NCBI GenBank assembly: GCA_947259785.1
Contig: CAMYNQ010000002.1
Location: 1-63,912 of the forward strand
Origin: an uncultured Chromatiaceae bacterium
GTDB lineage: Bacteria; Pseudomonadota; Gammaproteobacteria; Tenderiales; Tenderiaceae
Length of the DNA: 63,912 nt
Direction of reading: 5' to 3'
The translations under genes were made by a program, and so were the position numbers. The notes below the pieces were generated by a model. The model did not search any database and was not told the DNA's origin. It saw only the letters and a list, made by a program, of their open reading frames with translations. Below are positions 19,491 to 28,385 of this stretch, in pieces (the first letter of the stretch is position 1; each line of letters begins with the position of its first letter).

Positions 19491-22115
19491 ATGAAGAGTG
19501 CAGAAATTCGCCAGGCCTTTCTGGAATATTTTCGTGAGCACGGCCACACGGTGGTCGCCAGTAGCCCGTTAGTGCCCGGCAATGACCCGACCTTATTGTT
19601 CACCAATGCCGGCATGGTGCCGTTCAAAGAGACCTTTCTTGGTCTAGAGCAACGCCCCTATCACCGTGCTACATCAACGCAACGTTGCGTTCGTGCCGGT
19701 GGTAAACACAATGATTTAGAGAATGTCGGTTATACCGCTCGTCATCACACCTTCTTTGAAATGTTGGGCAACTTCAGCTTTGGCGATTATTTCAAGCGTG
19801 AAGCGATTCAGTACGCCTGGCAGTTTCTGACCCAGACTTTGAGCTTGCCAGCCGAAAAACTGTGGGTGACAGTCTACGAAGATGACGATGAGGCGGCTGA
19901 AATCTGGCTCAAGGAGATTGGCGTTAGTCCCGGTCGCCTGACTCGTATCGGTGATAAGCCAGGCAAGAAATACGACAGCGATAATTTCTGGTCCATGGGC
20001 GATACCGGTCCCTGTGGTCCTTGTACTGAAATATTTTTTGATCATGGCCCTGATGTTGCCGGTGGCCCACCTGGTACGCCAGAAGAAGACGGCGATCGTT
20101 ACATCGAGATTTGGAACCTGGTCTTTATGCAGTACAACCGCGGAGCTGATGGAACCATGACACCGCTGCCTAAACCTTCGGTGGATACTGGTATGGGCAT
20201 GGAACGCCTGGCAGCCGTGATGCAAGGTGTGCATAGTAACTACGAGATTGATTTATTTCAGAACCTAATCAAGGCGGCAGCTGCAGCGGTGAATAGTTCT
20301 GATCTGGGCAATAATTCGCTCAAGGTTATTGCTGACCATATCCGTTCCTGCGCCTTTCTGATTGTTGATGGTGTGCTGCCGTCTAACGAAGGTCGCGGCT
20401 ACGTGTTGCGCCGCGTTATTCGTCGTGCCATTCGTCATGGTTACAAGCTGGGCATGAACGACCCCTTCTTTTATAAAATCGTTGCTGCGCTGGTAGCCGA
20501 GATGGGTGAGGCCTATCCAGAGCTAGTCAAAGCTCAGGCACAGGTTGAAAAAATTCTGCGTCTGGAAGAAGAGCGTTTCGCCGAAACCCTGGATCAGGGC
20601 ATGAAGATTCTCGAAGACGATATTGCTAAATTGTCAGGCAAGCAGATTCCTGGTGATGTAGTTTTTAAGCTGTATGACACTTATGGGTTTCCTGCTGATT
20701 TGACGGCCGATATTGCCCGTGAACGTGGCCTGACAGTCGATGAGACCGGCTTTGATAAAGAGATGCAAGCTCAGCGTGAGCGCGCCCGTGCCGCCAGTAG
20801 TTTCGGCACTGCATATCCCGGCAAACTCGATATCAATGCCGAGTCTGAATTTACCGGTTACGACCACCTGAATGATGAGGCAGAGGTTGTCGCTTTGTTC
20901 GTAGGCGAAAAGCCCGTTGATAACCTAAATGCCGGCCAAGAAGGGTTGGTGATTTTGTCGCAAACACCTTTTTATGCCGAATCTGGTGGTCAGGTTGGTG
21001 ACCAGGGCCAGCTGATTGCCAATAGCACTGCGTTTGAAGTTGTCGATTGTCAAAAGCAAGGCCAGCAGGGTGTTAATGCCCATATCGGTAAAGTCGTAGC
21101 AGGGTCGATTAAGCTGGGTGACAAGCTCAAGGCTGAAGTTGATGCAACACGGCGACAAGCAATAATTCTGAATCACTCAGCCACTCACTTGTTGCATGCG
21201 GCCTTGCGCCAGGTATTGGGTGAGCATGTGGCGCAGAAGGGTTCATTGGTAAAGGCGGACAGTTTGCGTTTTGATTTCTCTCACTTTGAGGCTCTGACCG
21301 CTGAAGAAATAGAGCAGGTCGAGCAATTGGTGAACCAGCAGATCCGTGCCAATGATGAAGTCGCCACCCGGCTGATGAATTATGATCAGGCGGTCGAGGC
21401 GGGCGCCATGGCGCTGTTCGGTGAGAAATATGGCGATGATGTCCGCGTATTAAGTATTGGTGAGTTCTCCACCGAGCTGTGTGGTGGTGTGCATGCCAAG
21501 CGTGCTGGCGATATTGGCCTATTCAAGATTATAGTCGAGGCGGGCACAGCAGCTGGTGTTCGCCGTATTGAGGCCGTAACGGGTCAAGCTGCGCTGGAAT
21601 ATGTTGGCGAAACAGAAAAGAATTTGGCAGGTATTGCTGGCCTGCTGAAATCAGGTCGTGATGATGCGGCAACTAAGGTTGAGCAGCTGATCGAGCGTAG
21701 CCGCAAGCTGGAAAAAGAACTTGACCAGCTCAAGGCCAAGCTGGCTAGCAGTCAGGGGTCGGATATGGCTAGCCAGGCAATTGAGATTGACGGTATTAAG
21801 ATTCTAGCGGCCAAGCTTGAGGGCGGTGATACCAAGGGGTTGCGCGACATTGTTGATCAACTCAAGAATAAGCTTGGTGCTGCAGCGGTGGTGCTGGCTA
21901 CAGTTGATGGCGATAAGGTTTCTCTGGCTGCAGGTGTGACTAAAGACGAAACCAAACGCATCAAGGCCGGTGAGTTGGTTAATCATGTCGCTCAACAGGT
22001 CGGCGGCAAGGGAGGGGGACGTCCCGATATGGCGATGGCGGGTGGCAATAATCCAGCGGCACTTGATGGGGCGCTGGCCTCGGTTGAGGCTTGGGTGCGA
22101 GCACAAATGAGCTGA
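19491..22115 (+). CDS. alaS: Alanine--tRNA ligase
   Basis: [56 protein letters not shown]. Confidence 0.99.
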   Translation: MKSAEIRQAFLEYFREHGHTVVASSPLVPGNDPTLLFTNAGMVPFKETFLGLEQRPYHRATSTQRCVRAGGKHNDLENVGYTARHHTFFEMLGNFSFGDYFKREAIQYAWQFLTQTLSLPAEKLWVTVYEDDDEAAEIWLKEIGVSPGRLTRIGDKPGKKYDSDNFWSMGDTGPCGPCTEIFFDHGPDVAGGPPGTPEEDGDRYIEIWNLVFMQYNRGADGTMTPLPKPSVDTGMGMERLAAVMQGVHSNYEIDLFQNLIKAAAAAVNSSDLGNNSLKVIADHIRSCAFLIVDGVLPSNEGRGYVLRRVIRRAIRHGYKLGMNDPFFYKIVAALVAEMGEAYPELVKAQAQVEKILRLEEERFAETLDQGMKILEDDIAKLSGKQIPGDVVFKLYDTYGFPADLTADIARERGLTVDETGFDKEMQAQRERARAASSFGTAYPGKLDINAESEFTGYDHLNDEAEVVALFVGEKPVDNLNAGQEGLVILSQTPFYAESGGQVGDQGQLIANSTAFEVVDCQKQGQQGVNAHIGKVVAGSIKLGDKLKAEVDATRRQAIILNHSATHLLHAALRQVLGEHVAQKGSLVKADSLRFDFSHFEALTAEEIEQVEQLVNQQIRANDEVATRLMNYDQAVEAGAMALFGEKYGDDVRVLSIGEFSTELCGGVHAKRAGDIGLFKIIVEAGTAAGVRRIEAVTGQAALEYVGETEKNLAGIAGLLKSGRDDAATKVEQLIERSRKLEKELDQLKAKLASSQGSDMASQAIEIDGIKILAAKLEGGDTKGLRDIVDQLKNKLGAAAVVLATVDGDKVSLAAGVTKDETKRIKAGELVNHVAQQVGGKGGGRPDMAMAGGNNPAALDGALASVEAWVRAQMS

Positions 22116-22191
22116 TAAGCCTGTGCTTGCAGGTGATTTCTGCTGCGCAGTGCAGTAAACTGCGCACTTTTTTAGATAACGCTGAAGTCAA

Positions 22192-23415
22192 ATGGCATTA
22201 ATCGTACAGAAATATGGTGGCACCTCGGTTGGTACGGTCGAGCGTATTGAAGCCGTCGCCGATAAAATCAAGGGCTGGCGCGATCAAGGTAATGATGTAA
22301 TCGTGGTGGTATCGGCCATGAGTGGCGAGACCAATCGCTTACTTGGTTTGGCTCATGAGATACAGGCTAACCCCGTGCCCCGTGAGCTAGATGTACTGCT
22401 CTCCACCGGCGAGCAAGTCACCATCGCCCTGTTGAGTATGGCGCTGGAAAAACGCGGTTGTTCGGCTCGTTCCTACACCGGTCACCAAGTCCACATTCGT
22501 ACCGACAACGTTCACAATAAGGCACGCATTCTTGATATTGACGATGCATCTATCCGTCGTGATCTAGATAAAGGTCGGGTGGTCGTTGTTGCTGGTTTTC
22601 AAGGCTCTGATGACGAGGGTAATATCACCACCTTAGGTCGTGGTGGTTCCGATACTTCGGCCGTCGCCCTGGCGGCAGCACTGAAAGCTGATGAATGTCA
22701 GATCTATACTGATGTCGATGGTGTCTATACCACTGACCCTCGCGTTGTCCCAGAGGCTCGTCGTCTTGAACGCATCACCTTTGAAGAAATGTTGGAAATG
22801 GCATCGCTAGGTTCTAAGGTGTTGCAAATTCGAGCAGTTGAATTCGCCGGAAAATACAATGTACCCCTGCGGGTACTGTCTAGTTTTAAAGAGGGTGAAG
22901 GCACCCTGATTACCTATGAGGAAGAGGAAATGGAAGAAGCGCTGATTTCCGGAATCGCCTTTAATCGCGACGAGGCCAAACTGACCATCGTTGGTGTGCC
23001 GGATCAACCTGGTGTCGCCTCGAAGATCTTGAGCCCGATCGGCAAGGCCAATATCGAAATTGATATGATCATCCAGAATGTCGGCGTTGATGGCACCACC
23101 GATTTTACCTTTACCGTACATCGCAATGATTACGACAAGGCACTTGCCGTGCTGGAACAGAGCAAGCAAGAGCTGGGTGCGCGTGAAGTTACTGGCGATA
23201 ATAAGATCGTTAAAATTTCACTGGTTGGAGTAGGCATGCGCTCACATGCGGGCATCGCTGGCACCATGTTTGAGGCCCTGGCAAATGAGGGGATTAACAT
23301 TCGCATGATCTCTACTTCCGAGATCAAGATTTCTGTTGTCGTTGATGAGAAGTACCTTGAGCTTGGTGTTAGAGCTTTGCATGCAGTCTTTGATTTGGAA
23401 AATAAGCCACAATAA
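22192..23415 (+). CDS. lysC: Aspartate kinase
   Basis: VQKYGGTSV, TTLGRGGSDT, YTDVDGVYTTDPR, two ACT domains. Confidence 0.96.
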   Translation: MALIVQKYGGTSVGTVERIEAVADKIKGWRDQGNDVIVVVSAMSGETNRLLGLAHEIQANPVPRELDVLLSTGEQVTIALLSMALEKRGCSARSYTGHQVHIRTDNVHNKARILDIDDASIRRDLDKGRVVVVAGFQGSDDEGNITTLGRGGSDTSAVALAAALKADECQIYTDVDGVYTTDPRVVPEARRLERITFEEMLEMASLGSKVLQIRAVEFAGKYNVPLRVLSSFKEGEGTLITYEEEEMEEALISGIAFNRDEAKLTIVGVPDQPGVASKILSPIGKANIEIDMIIQNVGVDGTTDFTFTVHRNDYDKALAVLEQSKQELGAREVTGDNKIVKISLVGVGMRSHAGIAGTMFEALANEGINIRMISTSEIKISVVVDEKYLELGVRALHAVFDLENKPQ

Positions 23416-23488
23416 ATCAATGAGTTGTAGCGAGGGCCATCGCTGGCCCCTGATTTCCTTTCGCAGGGTATTGAATTCTAGCTTTTTC

Positions 23489-23515
23489 TTCAGTTATTAG
23501 ATTGATGGTCGATAA
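23489..23515 (+). promoter_or_regulatory. Possible sigma28 promoter upstream of csrA
   Basis: TTCA-N15-GTCGATAA. Confidence 0.35.
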
Positions 23516-23602
23516 CTTAATGCAAGATAGGTGGGACAGCCTGGTTGAGTAGTAACTGCTTAACAGATGGACCTACAGAATTATGCAGACAAGGAGATCG
23601 AT

Positions 23603-23827
23603 ATGCTGATATTGACCCGGCGTGTGGGAGAGACGCTGATCATTGGAGATAACGTCACAGTGACTGTGCTTGGCGTTAAAGGCAACCAGGTAAGGATAGG
23701 CGTAAACGCTCCTAAAGAAGTATCCGTCCACCGTGAAGAAATCTATCAGCGCATTCAGCAGGAAAAAGCTGATGAGCAAGCTTCAGACAGTCAGGCCGAT
23801 TCCCAAGAAGCCTCTGGAAATTCATAA
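23603..23827 (+). CDS. csrA: Carbon storage regulator CsrA
   Basis: [16 protein letters not shown]...[19 protein letters not shown]; SD AAGGAG before ATG 23603. Confidence 0.98.
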   Translation: MLILTRRVGETLIIGDNVTVTVLGVKGNQVRIGVNAPKEVSVHREEIYQRIQQEKADEQASDSQADSQEASGNS

Positions 23828-23863
23828 ACTCTCAAGAATCATCCTTAAATAACAAAAAGATAC

Positions 23864-23901
23864 TTTACTGCCAGTGCATCAAACGGTATCCTTACGCCCG
23901 C
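23864..23901 (+). promoter_or_regulatory. Stable-RNA-type sigma70 promoter for tRNA-Ser
   Basis: TTTACT-N17-TATCCT followed by GC-rich discriminator CGCCCGC; A-tract UP element. Confidence 0.55.
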
Positions 23902-23956
23902 GTGTTTAGGGATGCTCGCTGAGTGATTTGTGATCAGCTATAATCCCACGCAGAAC

Positions 23957-24046
23957 GGAGAGCTGGCCGAGTGGCTGAAGGCGCACCCCTGCTAAGGGTG
24001 TATAGGGGTAACTCTATCGAGGGTTCGAATCCCTCGCTCTCCGCCA
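23957..24046 (+). tRNA. tRNA-Ser(GCT)
   Basis: GGAGAGC...GCTCTCC-GCCA acceptor, anticodon arm CACCC-CT-GCT-AA-GGGTG, long variable arm, GGTTCGAATCC. Confidence 0.97.
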
Positions 24047-24088
24047 TTTTTGAACCAAGAAATATATTTCCTGTTTCAAATGGTTATC

Positions 24089-24117
24089 TTGACAGATAGT
24101 GTCATTGTCGGGATAAT
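24089..24117 (+). promoter_or_regulatory. sigma70 promoter for tRNA-Arg
   Basis: TTGACA-N17-GATAAT. Confidence 0.7.
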
Positions 24118-24133
24118 CCCGACCTCAAAATAA

Positions 24134-24210
24134 GCGCCCGTAGCTCAGCTGGATAGAGTACCTGGCTACGAACCAGGCGGTCGCACGTTCGAATCGTGCC
24201 GGGCGCGCCA
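24134..24210 (+). tRNA. tRNA-Arg(ACG)
   Basis: 77 nt; GCGCCCG...CGGGCGC-GCCA, CCTGG-CT-ACG-AA-CCAGG, GTTCGAATC. Confidence 0.97.
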
Positions 24211-24227
24211 TATTTAGTAACAAAATC

Positions 24228-24261
24228 AGCCGGTTAGAGAGTTTCTCTGATCGGCTTTTTT
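24228..24261 (+). terminator. Terminator downstream of tRNA-Arg
   Basis: AGCCGGTTAGAGA-GTT-TCTCTGATCGGCT followed by a T run. Confidence 0.75.
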
Positions 24262-24348
24262 GTGTCCGAAATAACCGTGCGGTCATTTTGCGGACACCTT
24301 GCCAAATGCTGGTCTCGTCGCGACTTCGGTACTGTCAGGGTGGGCGTT

Positions 24349-25469
24349 TGGCAAGCCCCTAGTATTCTAGACACCTTATAGCGTTACAATTAACGCAACA
24401 ATGAGGTGTGAAAAATGAGCGGAAAACGCTATCCAGATGAATTTAAAATAGAAGCAGTCAAACAGGTGGTTGATCGAGGTTATAAAGTTGGCGAAGTAGC
24501 GAAGCGGTTAGGTGTTACCACAAAAAGCCTGCATGACTGGATTAAGAAGTACGGTGACACCGGGACGCAACATCAGACTATCACCAGCCAGCAAGATGAA
24601 CTTCGTCGCCTCAAGGCTGAGCTGAGGCGAGTCACTGAAGAGCGAAACATCTTAAAGGAGGCCGCCGCGTTCTTTGCAAGCGAGTCAAAGAAAAGTACGC
24701 GTACATAAAATCACGACTCAATAAATATTCAATTGCAGCCATGTGTCGTGTGTTTCAAATTCAGCGTAGTGGTTTCTATGCTTGGCTCAAGCAGCCTTTG
24801 AGTGATCGTGCAATCGAGGATAAACGGCTCCTTGGGTATATCAAGCAATTCTGGCTGGAAACTGGGTGTTCATATGGATACAGAAATATCACCCTGGATT
24901 TAAAAGATCAGGGTGAAACCTGTGGCAAAAACCGCGTGTACAGAGTGATGAGTAATGCTGGCATACAGGCACAACGTGGCTACAAACGGCATCGAGGTTT
25001 TAAGGGTGGTGACTTAAGCCATGTTGCACCCAACACATTAAATCGTGACTTTAAAGTGCATCAGCCTAACCAAGTGTGGGTCACCGATTTCACCTATATC
25101 CGCACACATGAAGGCTGGCTGTATTTGACGATTGTATTAGATTTGTTCTCCCGCCAGATTGTTGGCTGGAGTATGAAAAACAACCCAAAGGCTGATCTTG
25201 TGATCGATGCGTTGCTGATGGCTTTGTGGCGTCGAAAACCGAAAGCTAAAGTAATGATACATTCCGATCAGGGCGTGCAATACACCTGTTCTGACTGGCG
25301 CAAGTTTTTATCTGATAACAACTTAGAAGCCAGTATGAGTCGGCGGGGAAACTGTCACGATAATGCCGTCGCAGAAAGCTTCTTCTCGCTGCTCAAGACG
25401 GAACGCATCAAGCGGAAGATATTTAAAACCAGGGCTGAGGCTAGATCCGAAATATTTAATTATATTGAG
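24349..25469 (+). mobile_element. IS3-family insertion sequence, 3'-truncated
   Basis: Left end TGGCAAGCCCCTAG...; orfA HTH/leucine zipper plus overlapping orfB with DDE; similarity stops at EIFNYIE and no right IR is seen. Confidence 0.85.
24415..24708 (+). CDS. IS3 transposase OrfA
   Basis: RYPDEFKIEAVKQV...EL.RLKAEL.RV.EER.ILKEAAAFFA. Confidence 0.9.
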   Translation: MSGKRYPDEFKIEAVKQVVDRGYKVGEVAKRLGVTTKSLHDWIKKYGDTGTQHQTITSQQDELRRLKAELRRVTEERNILKEAAAFFASESKKSTRT

Positions 25470-25520
25470 TCCTCTATACAGTTTTCGGCAAAGTCAGCTA
25501 CGGAGCCGCTAACAATATAG
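24708..25520 (+). pseudogene. IS3 transposase OrfB, C-terminally truncated
   Basis: PNQVWVTDFTYI, LDLFSR.IVGW, HSDQG.QY, GNCHDNAVAESFF; lacks the FYN..RRH tail. Confidence 0.85.
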
Positions 25521-25740
25521 CCGTCATCGCCACTACGAAGGGGTTCAAGTGCACCAGTTAAGTTATTCCCTTAAGAATGCTGCACCTGTAATAAAGTTCT
25601 ACCTATTCTGTGTCCTCTAGGTCTTCAATCTCTTCAAACCAAAAGGATAAGGTAGCCTGGTTAATGCTGCATGCTGAGAACAGCTCCGATAGCTCTCCAT
25701 CTATAAAGTCTATTTCATATTCCTCTACTGGCTTCTTCTG
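25470..25740 (-). pseudogene. ArdA-like antirestriction protein remnant
   Basis: PVEEYEIDFIDGELSELFSACSINQATL..WFEEIEDL, then after a stop and shift YIVSGSVADFAENCIED; acidic; family recalled from memory, not searched. Confidence 0.5.
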
Positions 25741-25764
25741 CTTTGATGCTGTGTTATTTCGGAA

Positions 25765-25802
25765 TTGATCCAAAGACAATAGTTGCATTATAGTGCAACT
25801 AT
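25765..25802 (+). promoter_or_regulatory. ArsR operator palindrome overlapping promoter and start codon
   Basis: ATAGTTGCATTA|TAGTGCAACTAT (25779-25802, 11/12 symmetric); TTGATC(25765)-N18-TATAGT(25789). Confidence 0.75.
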
Positions 25803-26202
25803 GCAAATGATTATTATCCAGCCCGAAGCATTTTTCCAGGCCCTGGCCGACGAGGTCCGTCTGCGGATCATCCGCCTGATGGTGGCGAGCGGTGAGGAGT
25901 CTTGTCTATGTGAACTGGTGGACAGTCTGCTGGAACCCTCGTACAAACTTTCCCGTCACCTGAAGATTCTGCGCCAGGCCGGTCTGCTGACTTCTCAAAA
26001 AGAGGGACGCTGGGTCTATCACCGCCTGGTGGTGGAGCCTCCTTACCTGGAGCTGCTGTACGCCACAGTGCAGGCACTGCCTGACCCAGGTGGGGTCTAC
26101 AGTGCAGATTTAAAACGTTTCCGAGAACGCCTTTGTCTGCGCGAAGGCGGGCGTTGTAGGATCGGCATCCAGTCTGATGGATTCAAGGTGGAGGTGGAGT
26201 AA
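25801..26202 (+). CDS. ArsR/SmtB-family transcriptional repressor
   Basis: FQALADEVRLRII, CLCELV, LSRHLKILRQAGLL...KEGRWVYH; C-terminal Cys pair. Confidence 0.9.
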   Translation: MQMIIIQPEAFFQALADEVRLRIIRLMVASGEESCLCELVDSLLEPSYKLSRHLKILRQAGLLTSQKEGRWVYHRLVVEPPYLELLYATVQALPDPGGVYSADLKRFRERLCLREGGRCRIGIQSDGFKVEVE

Positions 26203-26204
26203 CT

Positions 26205-26819
26205 ATGTCCGGTTGTGGTTGTGAAATAGAGATCGAAGACAAAGCGCAAAGCCGCACACTGATTATCTTACTGGCCATCAATGGCGTGATGTTTGTCGCT
26301 GAAATCATCGCCGGTGTCGTCGCTGACTCGACAGCCTTGATTGCCGATTCGCTGGATATGCTCGCTGACGCTTCGGTCTATGCGATTGGTCTATACGCCG
26401 TGGGCAGAAGTCTGCTGGTCAAAGCAAGGGCCGCCCATATCAGTGGTGTTTTTCAGGTGCTGTTGGGGTTGGGCGTTTTGTTCGATATTGTGCGCCGCAC
26501 AATCGTTGGCAGTGAACCGGAATCACTGATGATGATGACGGTGGGCCTAGTGGCGTTGATCGCGAACAGTATTTGCCTGATGCTGATCTATAAACACCGC
26601 CAGGGTGAGGTACACATGCGGGCCAGTTGGATATTTTCCAAAAACGATGTCATCGCCAACCTGGGTGTGATAGGCGGTGGTGTGCTGGTGGCGTGGCTAG
26701 GGTCACCCTGGCCTGATCTGATTATTGGCTTGGTGATTGCGGTAATTGTAGTGCGAGGTGGGGTTCTCATTATCAAAGATGCCAACAACGGGAAGGAGGA
26801 ACAGGGGGCAAAGGCGTGA
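26205..26819 (+). CDS. Short CDF-type cation transporter (Cation_efflux TM domain only)
   Basis: N-terminal SGCGC, STALIADSLDMLADA, HMRASWIFSKNDVIAN, WPDLIIG. Confidence 0.85.
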   Translation: MSGCGCEIEIEDKAQSRTLIILLAINGVMFVAEIIAGVVADSTALIADSLDMLADASVYAIGLYAVGRSLLVKARAAHISGVFQVLLGLGVLFDIVRRTIVGSEPESLMMMTVGLVALIANSICLMLIYKHRQGEVHMRASWIFSKNDVIANLGVIGGGVLVAWLGSPWPDLIIGLVIAVIVVRGGVLIIKDANNGKEEQGAKA

Positions 26820-27454
26820 GTGGAAAATCACGACAGACGATGCAAGGCGCAGTCAGGCAAAAAATGTTGCCGATGGTTATTGCTGTGACCTGTATTGCTG
26901 CCATTGCTGCGAGCTTCATTTGGTGGTGGCAAACAAAAGCTCCGCCTATCCCCGAACACCTGCAAAACATGGGCGGTGATTTTACCTTGCAATCGGCGGA
27001 TGGACCGGTGGCTTTGCAAGGCTTTCGCGGCAAGGTTGTGCTGATCTATTTTGGTTATACCCACTGCCCCGATGCCTGCCCCATGACCATGGCCAACTGG
27101 GCCAGTGCATTCCAACGCTTGACTGAGAAAGAACGGGCACGGGTTAGGGGGTTGCTGGTCAGCGTTGATCCGGAGCGTGACACGCCCGAAACGCTCAAGG
27201 AGTACGCCACTTTTTTTCATTCCAATATCATCGGTGTGACCGGCACACTAGACGCGTTGAGGGACATCACCGGGCTCTATCGTTCCGACTTTGTCGTCGA
27301 AAAAGAGGGAGAGTCTGAAGACTACGAAGTGGGCCACATGTCCTTCGTCTACGTGATTGATCCCCAAGGCAAGGTGAGAGGCTTGCTGGCCCATGACAGT
27401 CCGCTGCAGGATGTCATCGAGCAGATTCGCAACGCGTTACGAGTGGCGTCATGA
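26816..27454 (+). CDS. SCO1/SenC-family copper chaperone
   Basis: N-terminal TM, YFGYTHCPDACP, SVDPERDTPE, distal His (VGHMS). Confidence 0.9.
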   Translation: MSGKSRQTMQGAVRQKMLPMVIAVTCIAAIAASFIWWWQTKAPPIPEHLQNMGGDFTLQSADGPVALQGFRGKVVLIYFGYTHCPDACPMTMANWASAFQRLTEKERARVRGLLVSVDPERDTPETLKEYATFFHSNIIGVTGTLDALRDITGLYRSDFVVEKEGESEDYEVGHMSFVYVIDPQGKVRGLLAHDSPLQDVIEQIRNALRVAS

Positions 27455-27497
27455 GTGTTAAGCCGGGAAAATCCAGCATCTCACAGGGAGAAAGGTA

Positions 27498-28112
27498 GTG
27501 AGCAGAAAGAGCCACTGGGATACAGTTTATAAAGGAAAAGCGGACAATGAGGTGAGCTGGTATCAAAGCAAACCTGAACTGTCGTTGAGGTTGATTGCGG
27601 ACTCAGGCATGTCACGCTCAGGCAGTATCATTGATGTTGGTGGCGGAGCATCTCTGCTGGTTGATTATCTTGTTCATGATGGTTTTAAAAATATCACCGT
27701 ACTTGATATTTCCAGTGCCGCGCTTCGTGTTGCCCAAAAGCGCTTGGGAGAAAGCGCGAAATCTGTCGATTGGATTGAGGCGGATATCACTCAGTTTCAG
27801 TGCGCACAGGCATTCGACCTTTGGCATGACAGGGCGGTATTTCATTTTCTGATTCAGGCGTCAGATCGAAAAAAATATATCGATCTTTTGCATCAGGCGA
27901 TCAGGCCGGGAGGTCACCTTATCATCGCCGCCTTCGCTATCGGCGGGCCGAAAAAATGCAGCGGTCTCGATATTGTTCAGTATGATGCGGCGAAGTTATC
28001 CCGAGAGTTGGGAGAGGCGTTCATTCTTGTAGAACAGGAGGATGAAGCACATATCACGCCCGGCGGGAAGGTGCAGGCGTTTGGGTACTATCGCTTTAAG
28101 AAGCAGGGATAA
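27498..28112 (+). CDS. Class I SAM-dependent methyltransferase
   Basis: HWDTVY...VSWYQ, IIDVGGGAS, VLDIS, WHDRAVFHFL, GP..CSGL. Confidence 0.85.
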   Translation: MSRKSHWDTVYKGKADNEVSWYQSKPELSLRLIADSGMSRSGSIIDVGGGASLLVDYLVHDGFKNITVLDISSAALRVAQKRLGESAKSVDWIEADITQFQCAQAFDLWHDRAVFHFLIQASDRKKYIDLLHQAIRPGGHLIIAAFAIGGPKKCSGLDIVQYDAAKLSRELGEAFILVEQEDEAHITPGGKVQAFGYYRFKKQG

Positions 28113-28385
28113 AATAGATGGGAGCGGGTCTGTTCGCCCCCCGCGGACATCATGGACGACGAGAAGCGAGCTGTTAACATAAAACTTCACGCCTTTATCG
28201 GGTAGCAGGAGGTTTAGGAGCTCACCATATCGTCCTTGCCGCACCAACCTTTTTTGAAAGAGTGGGGTTTAACTTCGACCTGTATCTGCAAAGCCAGGGA
28301 GTGATATCAATGCAATGATGACCAATGCTGGAATGTTAATAAGCATTTTTCTGATTTCTCGTTCTCCTTAGGTTACACGAACAGA

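Noticed and set aside
28113-28385. Possible gene or IS remnant between the methyltransferase and the adhesin
   Set aside because: No recognisable motif in the frames I translated
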